Shown in pieces: positions 26,190 to 39,700 of a stretch of 64,000 nucleotides of DNA. The stretch comes from Schmidtea polychroa (Eukaryota): contig CM097886.1 in the NCBI GenBank assembly GCA_044892525.1, positions 3,286,001 through 3,350,000 of the forward strand. The letters run 5' to 3'. Made by a program: the position numbers and the translations under genes. Every line of letters starts with the position of its first letter. The stretch's first letter is position 1. The notes below the pieces were generated by a model. That model did no database searches. It was not told where the DNA came from and saw only the letters and a program-made list of their open reading frames with translations.

Positions 26190-26989
26190 ATTGCATGCTG
26201 ACTATGGAGTCGGTCTATTAAATATCCACCGTTGTGCAGAAAGTTTTCTTTTTAATTCATTTGTATGGTCTTGTCAAAATTGCCTTTCGTACTTATCAAA
26301 CTTATTTGCATGTTTAGTCTCGTAATGCCGTTTAATGCTATACTCTTTCAAGACATAAACAGAATTATTACATATCAACCATGTTGGCTTTGTTCTGTGA
26401 CTCTTCTTTTCTTTGGTTCAACGTCTTTACTACTTGACGTCATTGTGGGTCTTCTTTTTTTATTAAACAATAAATAAAATGACATAAGTATTACATAACT
26501 TTCTAACAACAGGATGAGATGCATTGTAAAAAGAATTTACTTACTTTCACTGCACTGTAAAGATAGACAGGACGGTATAGTATTAGACAGGATACTCGGC
26601 TATAGCAACTTGTATTCTTATCAATGTGTAAATAAAAGTCGATCGTAAAATCTCATGAGACACAAAGTGATAACGTACACAATGGAAGCGACCATACGTT
26701 CGACGGCGTTGAAAGTTTGCCACAGACTGTCTGTCGGACGATACATCCCGTCCCTCATTCACGCTCACGGCTATATATACACAAGATCGGCGTGCGTGCT
26801 TTGAAAAAATGGCTTAACTTTGTAATTATTTGTTAACATGAATATACCATAAAAGAAATTGTAACGATGGTTGAATTAATGTACTGAGATACTTCCATAT
26901 ATGAGATACTACGCATGTCGGAATGCTCCTTTGGTGGTTTTGTACATTAAAAGTAAAAAATATGGGAGTATGGTCAGCGGCCACCCTTG
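26190..26989 (-). pseudogene. 5' part of a decayed SPIN/GTF2IRD2-like (Buster-group) hAT
   Basis: The minus strand reads MTSSSKDVEPKKRRV, then (frameshift) LICNNSVYVLKEYSIKRHYETKHANKFDKYERQF*QDHTNELKRKLSAQ, the N-terminal KEY..KRHYETKH zinc motif of this family. A TIR-like CAAGGGTGGCC ends at 26989. Confidence 0.7.
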
Positions 26990-28473
26990 AAATATATCTT
27001 AATTTATGGCTAAACATACAGTAATTTATGTCCTTTGATGTAAATATATAAAATACATGATCATTTTAAATTTAATTTTAACCTTTATGGGGATAATGTG
27101 ACGTTGTGAGGTGACAAGACTGAACAAGTAAAATCAAACTGGTTGCTAAATTTAGTTGTGTTTGATTTTTATGTTAGCAGTTATTAATTATGTTTAATAT
27201 TGTAGCTACATTAAAATGAAAGAATTTACTGATTTATTAATATTATTTACTGAAGACTTTTATGATTCAGAAAGTGCTTTTGGTTTCTGAAATTTAGGGG
27301 GAAACGCGGTAGGAAAATAAATTCATGATGATTCTGAGGATAATTTGACTGAAATCGATTTTGATGAGGGTGAATGTTTCTCAAGTTATATTAAATACAA
27401 AAATTACAAAAATGTTAAAAAAAAATTTTAAGCGCAAACTAATACGCATTTAAAAACATTGTATGCACATTGTGTTGGGTGTTATTTATAGTATTATTTA
27501 TTTGGGTGTTATTTATTTATACAGCAGACGCAAATAATCTTAATTCATTTGCTGAGATTTTTTAAACAATGTTTTTTGTACTTGAAAATCTTTAGGCATT
27601 ATTTGAAATATTTTGCCTATCTTGTTCTGCGTTTTTTCAAAACCTTATGTCACAATTTTTCCATTTATTAAAAAATTCCTAAAGTCCCTAAGGATTTTTA
27701 CTAAAGAGTCACTTTAATTTAAACCATATGTAAATTTTTGGACAGTTCCTAACTTAATTTAATTTCCGGAGTTATTAGGTCAAATAAATACAGTTGACAA
27801 TTCTGTATATTTTTACCATGCAGATGTTTCGGCCTGTCTCAAAGTTGACAATAAATATCTATTAAATTACTTGATTATTAAACAATGCCAACTTAAGTAT
27901 TTAGTATTCAACCTTTCTTCATATTTGGTGCATATTCTTTTCGTCTTTATCCTCTTTCTTCTCTTGAACAGATCATTGAAGGTTAAGTGGCGTTTAATTG
28001 ATGTTTATCTCATAAAATTACCATAATTAAAATGATCACCTGAATAAATTAACCAATATTGCTTAAGTCTCTTCTTGTACTTTTTTGTATGATTTCAATT
28101 TCAAAATCTTCATTTCTCTGATAATTTATTTATTAAAAAAATTTCACCATATCTTCAAATTTAAACAAAGTTGCTTTATTTTTCTTGTTATTTGAGCATA
28201 GAGACTTTTAATATTTAATTTTTATATCATTTTAATTTAAATTTTTTTGTAAATAATTTACTACGTGTAACGATAAGATGATTAAAAATGTAAAAAATAT
28301 ATATTTATTGTCATAATACAGAAATGATAATATTAATAATAATAATAATATCGAATCGTAGGGCACTTGTTAATCAAAACACAGTCGCGCCATATAAAGG
28401 ATCGGAAATATGAAAATAGAAAATAGTTAGTTATTTGTCTAGAAATATATACATTTCGGAATCATTTCTCAAA

Positions 28474-28657
28474 TCAAATCTGGTCTTTGGTTACAGCGAA
28501 CCGAAGACTAGCCGCATCTGCGCCTTTTACTGGTACCATTGTAAGGCAATAATGATACAACATGTGTGGAATACTTTGATACGGTTGGCTATATTCTCCG
28601 AGAACGAAACCTTTGTGGTTTTTTGTTATCTTCATGTGTAGGAAAATTCCATTGTGT
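28474..28657 (-). CDS. Last exon of SHB/SHD/SHE/SHF-like SH2 adaptor (C-terminal half of the SH2 domain)
   Basis: Acceptor cattcag| at 28659/28658. The phase-2 exon reads (K)HNGIFLHMKITKNHKGFVLGEYSQPYQSIPHMLYHYCLTMVPVKGADAASLRFAVTKDQI*. This matches the SHB-family ending HMKL..T...YVLGQ.S.PF.SVPE..H.Y...LPIKGAE..SL.YPV. Confidence 0.85.
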
Positions 28658-29115
28658 CTGAATGATATTATGAATTTATAATATAGATATTGATGGGGTT
28701 ATTACAATTATAAAAAAATTAACTGATTTTATTTTCCGAAAAAGAAGACTAATTTGGAAAATATTGCAATAAATGTATATATTATTAATGAGCCTTTAGA
28801 AATCTTCGAGTCCCCTGCATAGTACTGATGATAGCCAAAAGCTCGAAACTAGTCTACTTATTGGGATTTGCACTGGGTATCACAAAGCTTGTAATGTTTA
28901 TATTATTTATGTTAGACATCAGTAAAAAATATTTTACACCATTACATTTTTGGATTATGTCTAGATTTTAACTATTGGTGAAGTTTAAATACAAAACAAA
29001 AGTTTACAAAGAAAAAACAGCCATTTTTGTCAATTATTTATTAAAAGGGTGCCATGAAATTATCCTTTTTTGCATTCGAGTGCTGTCATTTAAAAAAGAT
29101 CTTTCTCTTTCCTCT

Positions 29116-29120
<5 letters not shown>

Positions 29121-29178
<58 letters not shown>
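29121..29178. repeat. (AT)n microsatellite
   Basis: Pure AT run. Confidence 0.98.
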
Positions 29179-29181
<3 letters not shown>

Positions 29182-29223
29182 AGACTTTTTTCACTTTGAA
29201 CCACTGATTTCTTTTCAATTGAC

Positions 29224-29361
29224 ATTGTATTTTTTAAAAAAGCCTGACTATGAATCAGTAAATATATAGATGTTTTTTCGATATTCACGAATTTTGGACA
29301 CTGCCGAAAAAACATCGATATCTTTACTGATTCATAGCCAAGTTTTTTTAATAAATACAAT
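29224..29361. repeat. Long inverted repeat (hairpin), member of a dispersed palindromic family
   Basis: Arms of ~57 bp (29224-29280 and 29305-29361) surround the 24-nt loop atattcacgaattttggacactgc. Confidence 0.85.
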
Positions 29362-29985
29362 CTTACATAATTGCTTGTGATACTGATATTTTTTCAAATA
29401 TCATTGAATCCTTGGAATGAAAGTATGTTTGGTGCTGATAACATTCATATTTATTATTTTCTAATCCAAAAAATTAAGATAAAAAATTTAATTGAAAAAT
29501 TAAAATTCCTTAATTAAGACCAGATTATTCTTATTGATCAAGATTCCAATCGAATTTAGTGAATACAAATTAAGAAAATAATCATTAATCAAACAATTAA
29601 AATATTTATTTACTCAGTAAAAAATATAAAGAAAAATTTATGATCACTATCAGTATTGTCATTGTTTAAATCACTCACTATATAATTGCTGTTACGAAAC
29701 AAAGTAATGATAATAAATACAAAATATAGTCTAAATAAATCTTAACTAATACAAATAAACAAGATACATTATATTTGTGATATTATTCATTTTTGAAAAC
29801 TATTATTTCAAAATTTAGTTAATATATAATAATAATAGTAATAAATATTGACTAATAATAATAATAATGATAATATAAAGTGATGATTTCTTGACAAGGA
29901 CTATCTTATAGATGAAAAATTTTTTCATTAAATACATTATTTGCAGCAAAAGGCTTAAATTATCATTTTATTGTTTTAAATAGTG

Positions 29986-30018
<33 letters not shown>

Positions 30019-30776
30019 GAATTTAATGTGCAGCTAAACTCAGTGCAAAACTTGCCCGTTTCATTGCCGGTACAATTGGCGGTGGTGGTATTAATATAGA
30101 AATATATTGCGCCTGCCATCCATCAAGTGAGTCAATGCAATCCAATGATGATTATCGAATTCCACATGTGCTATGATAGTTAACTCGTTTAATTGCTCGC
30201 ACGTTTAATGAGTCAGTTTTAGCTAAAAATATGCCAAATATTTAATTGGTTGCCTGTAATTTGTGTGTGTGTGTATGTGTGTGGCATCAAATGCTGCCAA
30301 TTGATTATTGGAATCTCAATTATTAATGTTGCAATGTTGTCCTTTCCCGGGTCTGTCGTGCAAAATGCCTTTTTTTTCTTTTTTGTGTGTGTACATGAAA
30401 TCCTTCGTGCGATTATTTCCAATTTTAGGACATGCACTGTCAATAAAGTACAATAAAATGTCCAGGGCAATTGCGAAAGATCTGATAATGAATATTGAAA
30501 ATGATCAAATAATTATCAGATGTGCCCATTAAATGGGATTGTCCCGGCATCCTGATTTATATATGTTGGGACCCTAATGCCTAAGTTAATTGTTTTTTTT
30601 TCTATTCCACCAATTGATAATGTGTAAATTGATATGTGTAAATTAATTGAAACTAAATCAATTAAATTAACAAAATAAAATTCATAATTTGAAAAGATGA
30701 AACTAACTACAAATTACAAATGTCTTGCCCTAAAAAATTTATTTAGGTAAAATATAAATCAATTATTGAGTATTAA

Positions 30777-30860
30777 CCTTTTGCACTCTGCTGGCGATTA
30801 TATATCGCCACTATATGTAAGTTATATTACTTATAAATAATCATTTATTTTGTTGTTCTT
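30777..30860 (+). mobile_element. Possible piggyBac-like left end running into a gap
   Basis: TTAA|CCTTTTGCACTC with an internal palindrome TGGCGAT-tatat-ATCGCCA. The right end was not found. Confidence 0.35.
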
Positions 30861-31462
30861 NNNNNNNNNNNNNNNNNNNNNNNNNNNNNNNNNNNNNNNN
30901 NNNNNNNNNNNNNNNNNNNNNNNNNNNNNNNNNNNNNNNNNNNNNNNNNNNNNNNNNNNNNNNNNNNNNNNNNNNNNNNNNNNNNNNNNNNNNNNNNNNN
31001 NNNNNNNNNNNNNNNNNNNNNNNTTTATTTTTTAATTAATTTTGTCTCTACCAGTTTTGCTTCAAATTGCAAAAAGATATGCTGCAGTCATATAAAAAAA
31101 TTCAAGAGTTGAAAAAGTTGGATAATTAATATTTATTAATTCAAATCTGTTCTATTATTTAATCAAACTGGTTATGACGAATAATCTAAATAATTAATAT
31201 TCACGTGTACTTGGTTATATAATAATTTAATATAAAATTAATTGACATTTGATTTAATTTACTTTTTCACATCAAAATTACAAAAAAATTGTAAATTAGA
31301 TAAAGATTTTCACGATTATTGAGTTTTAGTTATTTAACATAGAACCACATGCAGTCAGACTTAAATGTTTTTTATGTACACTTTTTATGTTTTCAACCCG
31401 GTAGCGTAATAATCAAATGAAAACATTTGTAAGGAAATTGTGTATTGCATAATGGCATAGGG

Positions 31463-31818
31463 CAGGGCTTTTCAAACTGGAGTCCGCGGACCCCAAGGGG
31501 TCCGTGAGCGATTTTATGAGGGTCCGTATCGATTTTAAATATTCTTAAATAAATAATAAGATGCACACTATTGATTAAATTTTTGTGTATGTCTAACTAA
31601 CCCTATTAATTTGCATGTAAATATATGAAATTTATTTTATTAAACGTATTTAGTTAATGTTCTATAATAATTTCTTTTTAATAAATTTAATTTTATAAAA
31701 ATATTAATAATTATATATCAGGTTTTACAAACAAAATAGTAATTTTTTAGTAAAATGGTCCATAAACTAAGCGTAATAAAAATTAGGGTCCCTTGTTAAA
31801 AAAGTTTGAAAAGCCCTG
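31463..31818. mobile_element. hAT (Buster-type) MITE with 8-bp TSD
   Basis: TIRs CAGGGCTTTTCAAACT / AGTTTGAAAAGCCCTG. TSD GCATAGGG at 31455-31462 and 31819-31826. Confidence 0.92.
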
Positions 31819-32404
31819 GCATAGGGCACTTGAATACTGAAAGCTTTCCTATAATTTTTCGCATTCCCTGTAAGTTCAAAAATGAATAAAAATCTGTTTA
31901 CAAAATCCATAAAATAAAAACAAGAAATTTCCAAGAAAGAAAGGGAGAAAAGTTACTGTTTCATTATTTAAATAAGCTATCGAACAATCCTAAAAATAAT
32001 CAAAGTGAAATAAATGATTGCTACATTATGTTAACTATAAATTTAAGAAGTGAACCCATTTGCAACAAGTTTCAATTTACTGAGAACATTTTGTATCTAT
32101 GACATAATTGCATTATGTTTTCAATTTTTACAAATGTTACCAAAATTTTTATTCAGATTTTTAAAAAAAAACTCCAAAACATAAATAAACTGTTAAGAAG
32201 CATCTGTTTTCAATCTTCCAAAGCAAGAATACAAGAGACAAATAAAAATTATAATAAATCAACAAATTAAAATGATGTAGTAATAATTATTAGAAGTTTT
32301 ATTGCACATATTTCATATGCTTCCAGGTGCCGAAAGAATATAGAAAAATTGTATATTGTAATTATAACTCATTTCATTGCATTATCAAATCTTTTTTCAA
32401 TTTT

Positions 32405-32509
32405 CACCATTGATTTCTTTCAATTGACATTGTATTTAATAAAAAGACTTGAATATGAATCAGTAAAGATATCGATGTTTTTTGATATTCACGAATTTTC
32501 GGCACTGCC
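32405..32509 (+). repeat. Single-arm copy of the palindromic repeat family
   Basis: caccattgattt...tgaatcagtaaagatatcgatgttt...cacgaattttcggcactgcc, flanked by T runs. Homologous to 29201-29305 and 61163-61272. Confidence 0.75.
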
Positions 32510-34894
32510 TTTTTCAAAGTGATTTCATTGAAACAAATATTTATCAAGTCTTAGTCAATTAATACAAACTTTAATCTCAATTACCAAAAATTGGTGATTT
32601 TTTCATTACAATTAATACATTGAAAAGACCTAGACTAAATACTTGATCATATAATATTATCACACTGATAAAAGTTATTAAATATAAAGGACAATTCTAA
32701 AAGGATTCTTATAGATATATCGACTATTTAAAACATTAACGATAAATGTTTTATTTCTTGGTTTCATATTTAGGTTAGGAATTTCTTTTATATAAAGTAT
32801 TTATTCAAATTAATAAGACTCATATATCCAGTCCAGTGGTTCCAATCGGAATCATTATTTCTAAATTCAATTTTTGTCTTTCTACATATTGGACTGCTAT
32901 CAACACATACTGTGATTTTTTTGCTAAGGCAACAAAAATATTTAAGTTTTTTTATTAAATTTTTTACTAACTACTTCTATTATGTTTTTTCTGGAAATTG
33001 AATTTGGACTGAAAAAGTGTTAAATAATCAACTTCCATATTTTGCATTTTCACTTTTCTATTTCACTTTTCAATTTCACATAAAATATTTAACAAAATCT
33101 ATTTATTTTGAACATTGAAATTCTAAATACCCGATAATTGATAAGATGAAGAATAGAAATAGAAAAAAGAATAGAATAGAAATAGCTTTCTCTGATAATT
33201 TTCACAGAATCCGCGCATATGAAAGCCAAATTTTTGTACAAATTGAAATGCCATGAATGCAATGATTTGCGCATAGTGAAAACATGCCGTTATGACTATG
33301 TACATTTTTATGTATATTAACTCGTGAAAAAAGCGGGAAAACTATAATCCAACTTATCTTTTTAATTTGCTCTCCAATTATAAATCGAGATACGATTGCA
33401 GAATTTCTATAAAATCATTGATAAAACAATTTCAACATATTTTTTTAAACTTTAAACGTTTGACAGCACAAAAGTGTCAGCTAATCGCTCTATAGAGTAG
33501 AATTGACTGCTTGCTCCAATTCTGTTGACGCGTGTCTTTGCTATTAGTATATTTAACAAGGTTGCAATAAATTGGGATCAGGTAGAATAAAAACAACAAT
33601 TAACATATCAAACTCCTTGGTACTTATATAGAAAAATTTAACGAGTTTTGACAAAATTGATATATGAACAATTTTGGATTAAACCCGAATAACTATTTAT
33701 TCCACACCATAGTTTCTCAAAATGTCTTTGATTTTTGAAAATAGTCAGTTTCATAACTTTCCTCTATGTTTACTACTTTACATTGAGTTTTCTATTTTTT
33801 ACGTAAGTGAAATCCTTTTACATTTATAACCCTTTTAACACAAAATTATAAATTCTGTAATATATGTGTATATAATATTCAATATGTTGTAGATTTTTAG
33901 CTTATTTATTTCATGATAATTTGTCTTGATTATTCTAATAATATAATAAAGCTATGTAAAACTGTGCGTGAGAAACGTGTAATTATTTGTAAATATTGCA
34001 CGTTCAAGAGTTTAATTAACTTTAATCATCAACCACAGTGTTAAGTGCAACTTTCAGAATTCATAACGATAATAGTAATAGTGTAAAAATTGATGCTTCA
34101 AAAAATAAATTATAATTGACCGTTTATGATAGTTTACAAAGCTTTTGATCCGAGGAAATTCCAGGGAGATTATCTATCATTAGAAAACTGGAATTTAGTT
34201 TGATAAATGAAAAATAGTCGGGGGAAATTTCCCGGTTGATAATTGCAATCTCGTCGCCAGTCATTCGGTTTATTCCCCAATTTAACTATAAATAGTAAGC
34301 ATGATAATCGTTATATTTACGTCCGCTATTTTCCGTTGTTTTCTTAACTTGAAAATTATAATCACTCAATTAAAGCTGCCAAATATGGAAATCTTTTCCT
34401 AGTTTAGAATAATTATTTATACTTATAATTCTGATGGAAATATTTCAAATATTTCCCATTTGCTTATAATATTTCTACAAATTATTGAATTATAATGGAA
34501 GATTTACAAATTAGAAAATGTTTTGTTCTTTTCTGTCCAATTCATTGGCAAAATATTAACCGCTTGTTTCATTTTTTGCATCAGTTTTGTTTGGAATTTC
34601 TAATTGATGATTTATCAACAATATAGACAATATAAAAATGTTACAATAATAATGAAATTTTATTTCCCATGAAATTGTTTGAATCAAAGATCAACTAAAT
34701 GAGCTACAAAGATATGTAGACCACCCGCATAACTAGATAGCGTCCATGACATGACTGAGTCGCATGTAACACGTTTGAATATATATATGCGTTGTTAGAA
34801 GCAGATATTGTTATATAATATCTATTTAAGATATTCGAAATGCAACTTAGAATTGTAATATTATTTATAGTATTTCTAATTTCATAATATAGAT

Positions 34895-35605
34895 CAACGG
34901 TGGGCAAATGCGGCTCTTAGAGCCGCATGCGGCTCTTCGTTGAGTAAACTGCGGCTCATTGATAATTGAATTCTTGATAATCGAATTCGATTTTATAAAT
35001 CTACATTTGCATTTTTTGTGAACCCATTTATTTGTGATATTATTGAAGATGGATTTCCAATTTCTGAAGTAATACTTGTTAAAAAAGCGGTTGGGGAATT
35101 GGAGTTATTAGATATGAAAGAGGACCAGGCTTTGCAAATGCACCATAAATCTACTTCTATAGTTGAATTTTGGAAACTCGTACCAGAGGCAAAATATCCA
35201 CACTTAAAACAAGCTGCTTGCCGTCTAATTTCAATTTTTGGTACAACATATTGTTGTGAATCTTTGTACTCCACAATGAAGTTCGTAAAGTCGAAATATC
35301 GTTCACAGTTAACCAATCAGCCTCTTACAGAATTGCTGCGAACAGCTTTAACAAAGTATACACCAAATTTCAAAGATTTGACCAAAAGTCTTCGTTAATT
35401 CAAGAAATTTTATTACTTTTTATTAATGGATTTTTATGTTTGTTACTTCATGTTTGAAATAATTATTTTGTTTTTTTTAATAGCGTTTAAGTCTCTTTAA
35501 TCAAATTAATGAAATAAAAAAAAATATGTACTTTACTATGGTGGCTCTGTAAAAAATAAATTTTCGGAAAATGGCTCTTATTGAACCCATGCGTGCCCAC
35601 CCTTG
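34895..35605 (+). mobile_element. Internally deleted SPIN/GTF2IRD2-like hAT retaining the transposase C-terminal dimerisation region
   Basis: Ends CAACGGTGGGCAAATGCGGCTC..GAGCCGCATGCGGCTC / GCCCACCCTTG. TSD ATATAGAT at 34887-34894 and 35606-35613. ORF 35018-35398 contains EFWKLVPEAKYPHLKQAACRLISIFGTTYCCESLYSTMKFVKSKYRSQLT. Confidence 0.92.
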
Positions 35606-35789
35606 ATATAGATAAAAGAGCATAAATAGTTTAAGCAATAATATTGATACAGATCGTATGTATATATACTTCGCTTCATTGGATACGCATTCCTGTGTCA
35701 AATTCCTGGGCCAAAGTAAATTATTATTATATCACCTCCATTCAAAAATTTTAATCCATTATACATTTCGAATAATTTCATTGTCTTAC

Positions 35790-36700
35790 TTATTCAGAGG
35801 AAAATATTTTTGTTTTATTTTTTCCAACTCTCCTTTCTGTATACCAATTTGATATCTAACGTACTTAAATAGTTAAGCCATGTTTCGAATTTGGCTGTAA
35901 TTGGCTTTTTTGTAATAAAACTATGACCAGTTCATAAGGTAAATCTTTTTCCAAATAGATAGTGATTGAAATTCTGAGTAAAGTAACAAATCGTATGCAA
36001 TTCCTTTCTAATGATTCAGCAACCGATTTCAAACTTACTCATTGTCTTTAATATATATGCAATAGCTTCCTCTTGTCTATTACTGTGATAGTATCGGGAT
36101 CTAAAGTAAGGCTTTATCGTAAATCTGAAAATCCAAGTGCTGGAGTGGACGTCAACGCCTTATTTAATGCACTCTACGTTCTTCAGTCCATACAAGTTTA
36201 TCTTTACCCGACCCACTAAATCGTCCTAATGGTCTCGCATATTTAACATAATCTTTAATAAATTTTTGATATTCATTTTTCAAACCTAAAAAAACTTCTT
36301 AAACGTTTAATACATTTTGGGATTTTTCATATTCTTTCATATTCTTTTCATAATATGTCTTAATACCATTTTCTTCATAATATGAGCCAAAAAGTTTATT
36401 TCTCTAACACTTCACTAGACTTATTTTCAAACCAGCTTCTTGAGTCTTTCAAATAAATTTTTCTAGTCATTTTCAGTGTTTTATTGAATTGTCTGCAAAT
36501 ATAAGGATCTCACTGAAATAAATAATTGCTTCTCTCCAATTAAGATCAGCCAAAATTTGAATCACAAACTTATGAAAAGTGGGTGGAGCAGCTGCTATTC
36601 CAAAAGGATGCTATGCATAAAAGACTTCTATCATGCGCTAGATTTGTCGGCTCTATGGCTTTTACTTTTGATACAAAATTTCATGCATATTAAAAGCAAT
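35790..36700 (-). pseudogene. Decayed Ty3/gypsy pol fragment (RT-RNase H)
   Basis: Minus-strand fragments: PFGIAAAPPTFHKFVIQILADLNWREAIIYFSEILIF (RT, YxDD decayed), LRSFLG, KLVWTEE, LTSTPALGFSD, and ELHTICYFTQNFNHYLFGKRFTL*TGH..KKPITAKFETWLNYLSTLDIKLVYRK (RNase H). Confidence 0.85.
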
Positions 36701-39700
36701 GACAAGAAAGAATTTACAGAAAAAAAAGAAATATAAGCAATAAATGAAAGATTGTAATATTAGAAAAATGATAAGAATAAATGTTTGTAAAGTTAATTAA
36801 TTTTTACAGACCAGAAGAATAAAATTAAAAAAATGGAATTAAAGAAAACTCACACCTCATGATTGGTATTTTCCTGATGGATCAAATAATTTATATGATT
36901 ATAACGGACCCCTTCATTGCAATTTACAATATTTTGGTCATACCGACGAATAAAAATTCTAATTATATTTTTCCTTAATTATTAAATTGAAAAAATTTTA
37001 ATACTTGTTTAAAAATGGAAAAAGTTTAATAAATAACTTCATCGTTTTAATTGACTGCAATCTATGAATTGTTAACCTATTAATAAATTTTATGAATATT
37101 TATCAAATCGTTCAAAGTTTTATTTATCTTATGGTTTAATTAATGCAAGATTTGAAACAAAATAACTATGATGCAGAAATTGACGCATTTCGACAATATT
37201 TAGAACAAAATGCTATACAAAACGAAACGTTTAAGAATGAACAATTTAATTAAAACTAAATTAAAGCTTTCCAGCAATTTTTAAAATAACATTACTTATG
37301 AATCAAAGTAAAAAAATTAATGAAACAAATGCGATGCTGGATTGTGTTTTTATTTGCCGTTTTAAAGACATCTATGGAGTTCAACATTTTCAATTGCTCA
37401 ATTTTGTTTAAATAAGGTTAAAATGAAAAAAATATTACCGAAAAACTCTAGGCAACAAAAAGTTGCTTTTATTTGAAGAATTCTTTTTTAAACAATGATA
37501 TTATTTATTTTAAAAAATTGAAAGTTTTCTCCTTTGAATAGGTATATGTACGAGGTCAAATAAATTGGTTGTTTTCGAATAATTGGTAAAATAACTTTGT
37601 TTGAATGTATCACACTTTTATATGTCCTTGGTAGTGTTTGATTTATTTTTAATGCAAATAAAATTAGTTTAAAAACAATTTCGAGTTTCAAGTAATTAAA
37701 TAATGAATCAACAAATAATAAATAACATTTTATAACTTCATAATATTATGAATGTTTTTATTAAAGACGATTGTAAATTTTATTAGATTTCGTTTGAAAT
37801 ATCTACAAACAATATTTACAAACAATTCATTAAACAGAGACGGATGATTTTTATTTAAAAAAATCCAACTTAAAACTTTTTTAGAAATTTGGAGATATTG
37901 AGAAAAACATCGAAAAATCGTAATTTATAATTGAAATATTAAATATTAAAATTAAAATTTTAATTTTTAAAATTGATAAAAAAAGATTGATCGAAGTCAC
38001 GGAACAAGGAAAAATTTAATGCAATTACATAAAAAAAATTTCCCATAATTATTTCTAATTGAAAATTTTTATAATAGTTAAGAAAATGTATTTACATGAC
38101 AATTTAATAAATCTTACTGTTTTCAAAAAAATATATTCTAAATGACCTGAAATTCATAAAGAAATCGAAATTTTGATTAAAAAATATTTTTAACATAAAA
38201 AGATTAAAATTATTAAAAAAAACTTTATAAAATGTGCATACATACTTATTATTGCAATGCCGTCAGAATTATGTATGGACTTGGAAAGTTTATTAATAAT
38301 GTATATGTCAAGTAAATTATCCCATCCAACCCAGTAAAAATTTAAAAATTTATTTTAATAAATAATTAATATTAAAAATAACACACCACAAGAATATTGT
38401 AAGCAATTTATCAAATTTATGCTGGAAACAGTTGCTCAAATTAATAATTTAATTGACAGTCTCTTCAAAGAGGATTTGTCAATTTAAACCAAAATCTCAG
38501 CTGGGAGGGTCAAAATTCCGCGAAAAAATATGAATTCCAAACTTAATAGTTGTGTTTTGTTTATAATCTGTGTTAATAACTAATTTACCGCCAGTTAACC
38601 GATTTTAATACTTTTACCATAATTTCATTTAACTAATTTTGAATTATAAAATTTATAAACTAACTAAAAACTTTAAATTGCTTTCATCAATCAAAAACAT
38701 TTATTGGACAGAAATTTCAAATTATTTATTTCATGATATTTTTTATTTAGAAATAATTTCGTTTTTTTTGAAAAATATATTCGGAAAAATATTTTTTTAA
38801 CTTTGTAGTATGATTTGAATGGCATGTTTCCGGCACTGATTTTGTTAAATATTTCATTTTTTAATGTGAAAATCAATTATTTTACAACTAAAATGAGATA
38901 AAGATTTTCTATTTTCCAAGAGAATAATTAGAAATTCAGATAAATAAAATGTCATTCATTTTTTAAAATTGAAAAACATTCCATTCGATTATGGGGCATA
39001 AGCAAAACTGATGAAATTTTGTGAATAAAATGTCAAAATACTGTAAAATTATTTTAGAAATTTAATTCTACTTTTTGAATAGAAAATTAACTTATTCATT
39101 TAAACAGATTTTATTGCTGATCTATGTACAAAATGTAAATTAGGTCAAATTTGTATGTGTCCAATGTTTCATTAAATCCTTTTAGCTGTACAAATATTTG
39201 CATTTCGTGCAATTTTCACCTGTCTCCAGTCATTCTTGCATTACATTCGTTTCTAAATAATTGTTAAGAATAGGAAATATGTCAGTTACAGACGAGGTCC
39301 AAATGGAGAATATGTTTTGGTAAGTTATTAATTATGTCCATTACATATGACAAGTAGTTATATTCAAAAAAATTTTAATCATTGTCAGTATATAGTAGAA
39401 AATAACATTAAGATGGCAGTTGAAAAGTATTGGCATAGTTTCATATACTGACTTCGAACCTCAATAGGGTAGAAATATAATTATGAAATATTGTTACAAT
39501 TCATTTCGGAATTTCCATATAAAAATATAAAAAAATATAGAAGAAATTTTTTTAATTCCAGATGCCTAATAAAAATAAAATAATTCAAAATCCCGTAGTT
39601 TGGTAATAGCAGCACCACTCAAAATTCCAAAAGTTTGATTTTCTATAAATATGATGATTATTATATTTTATTAAAATTTACTTTAAATGCACGTTACTGC

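Noticed and set aside
28975-29360. ORFs with YIYIYI runs
   Set aside because: They are translations of the (AT)n microsatellite.
30024-30026. In-frame TAA at apparently conserved positions as a hint of stop-codon reassignment
   Set aside because: TMED2 and both RING genes terminate at TAA exactly where expected, so the standard code applies.
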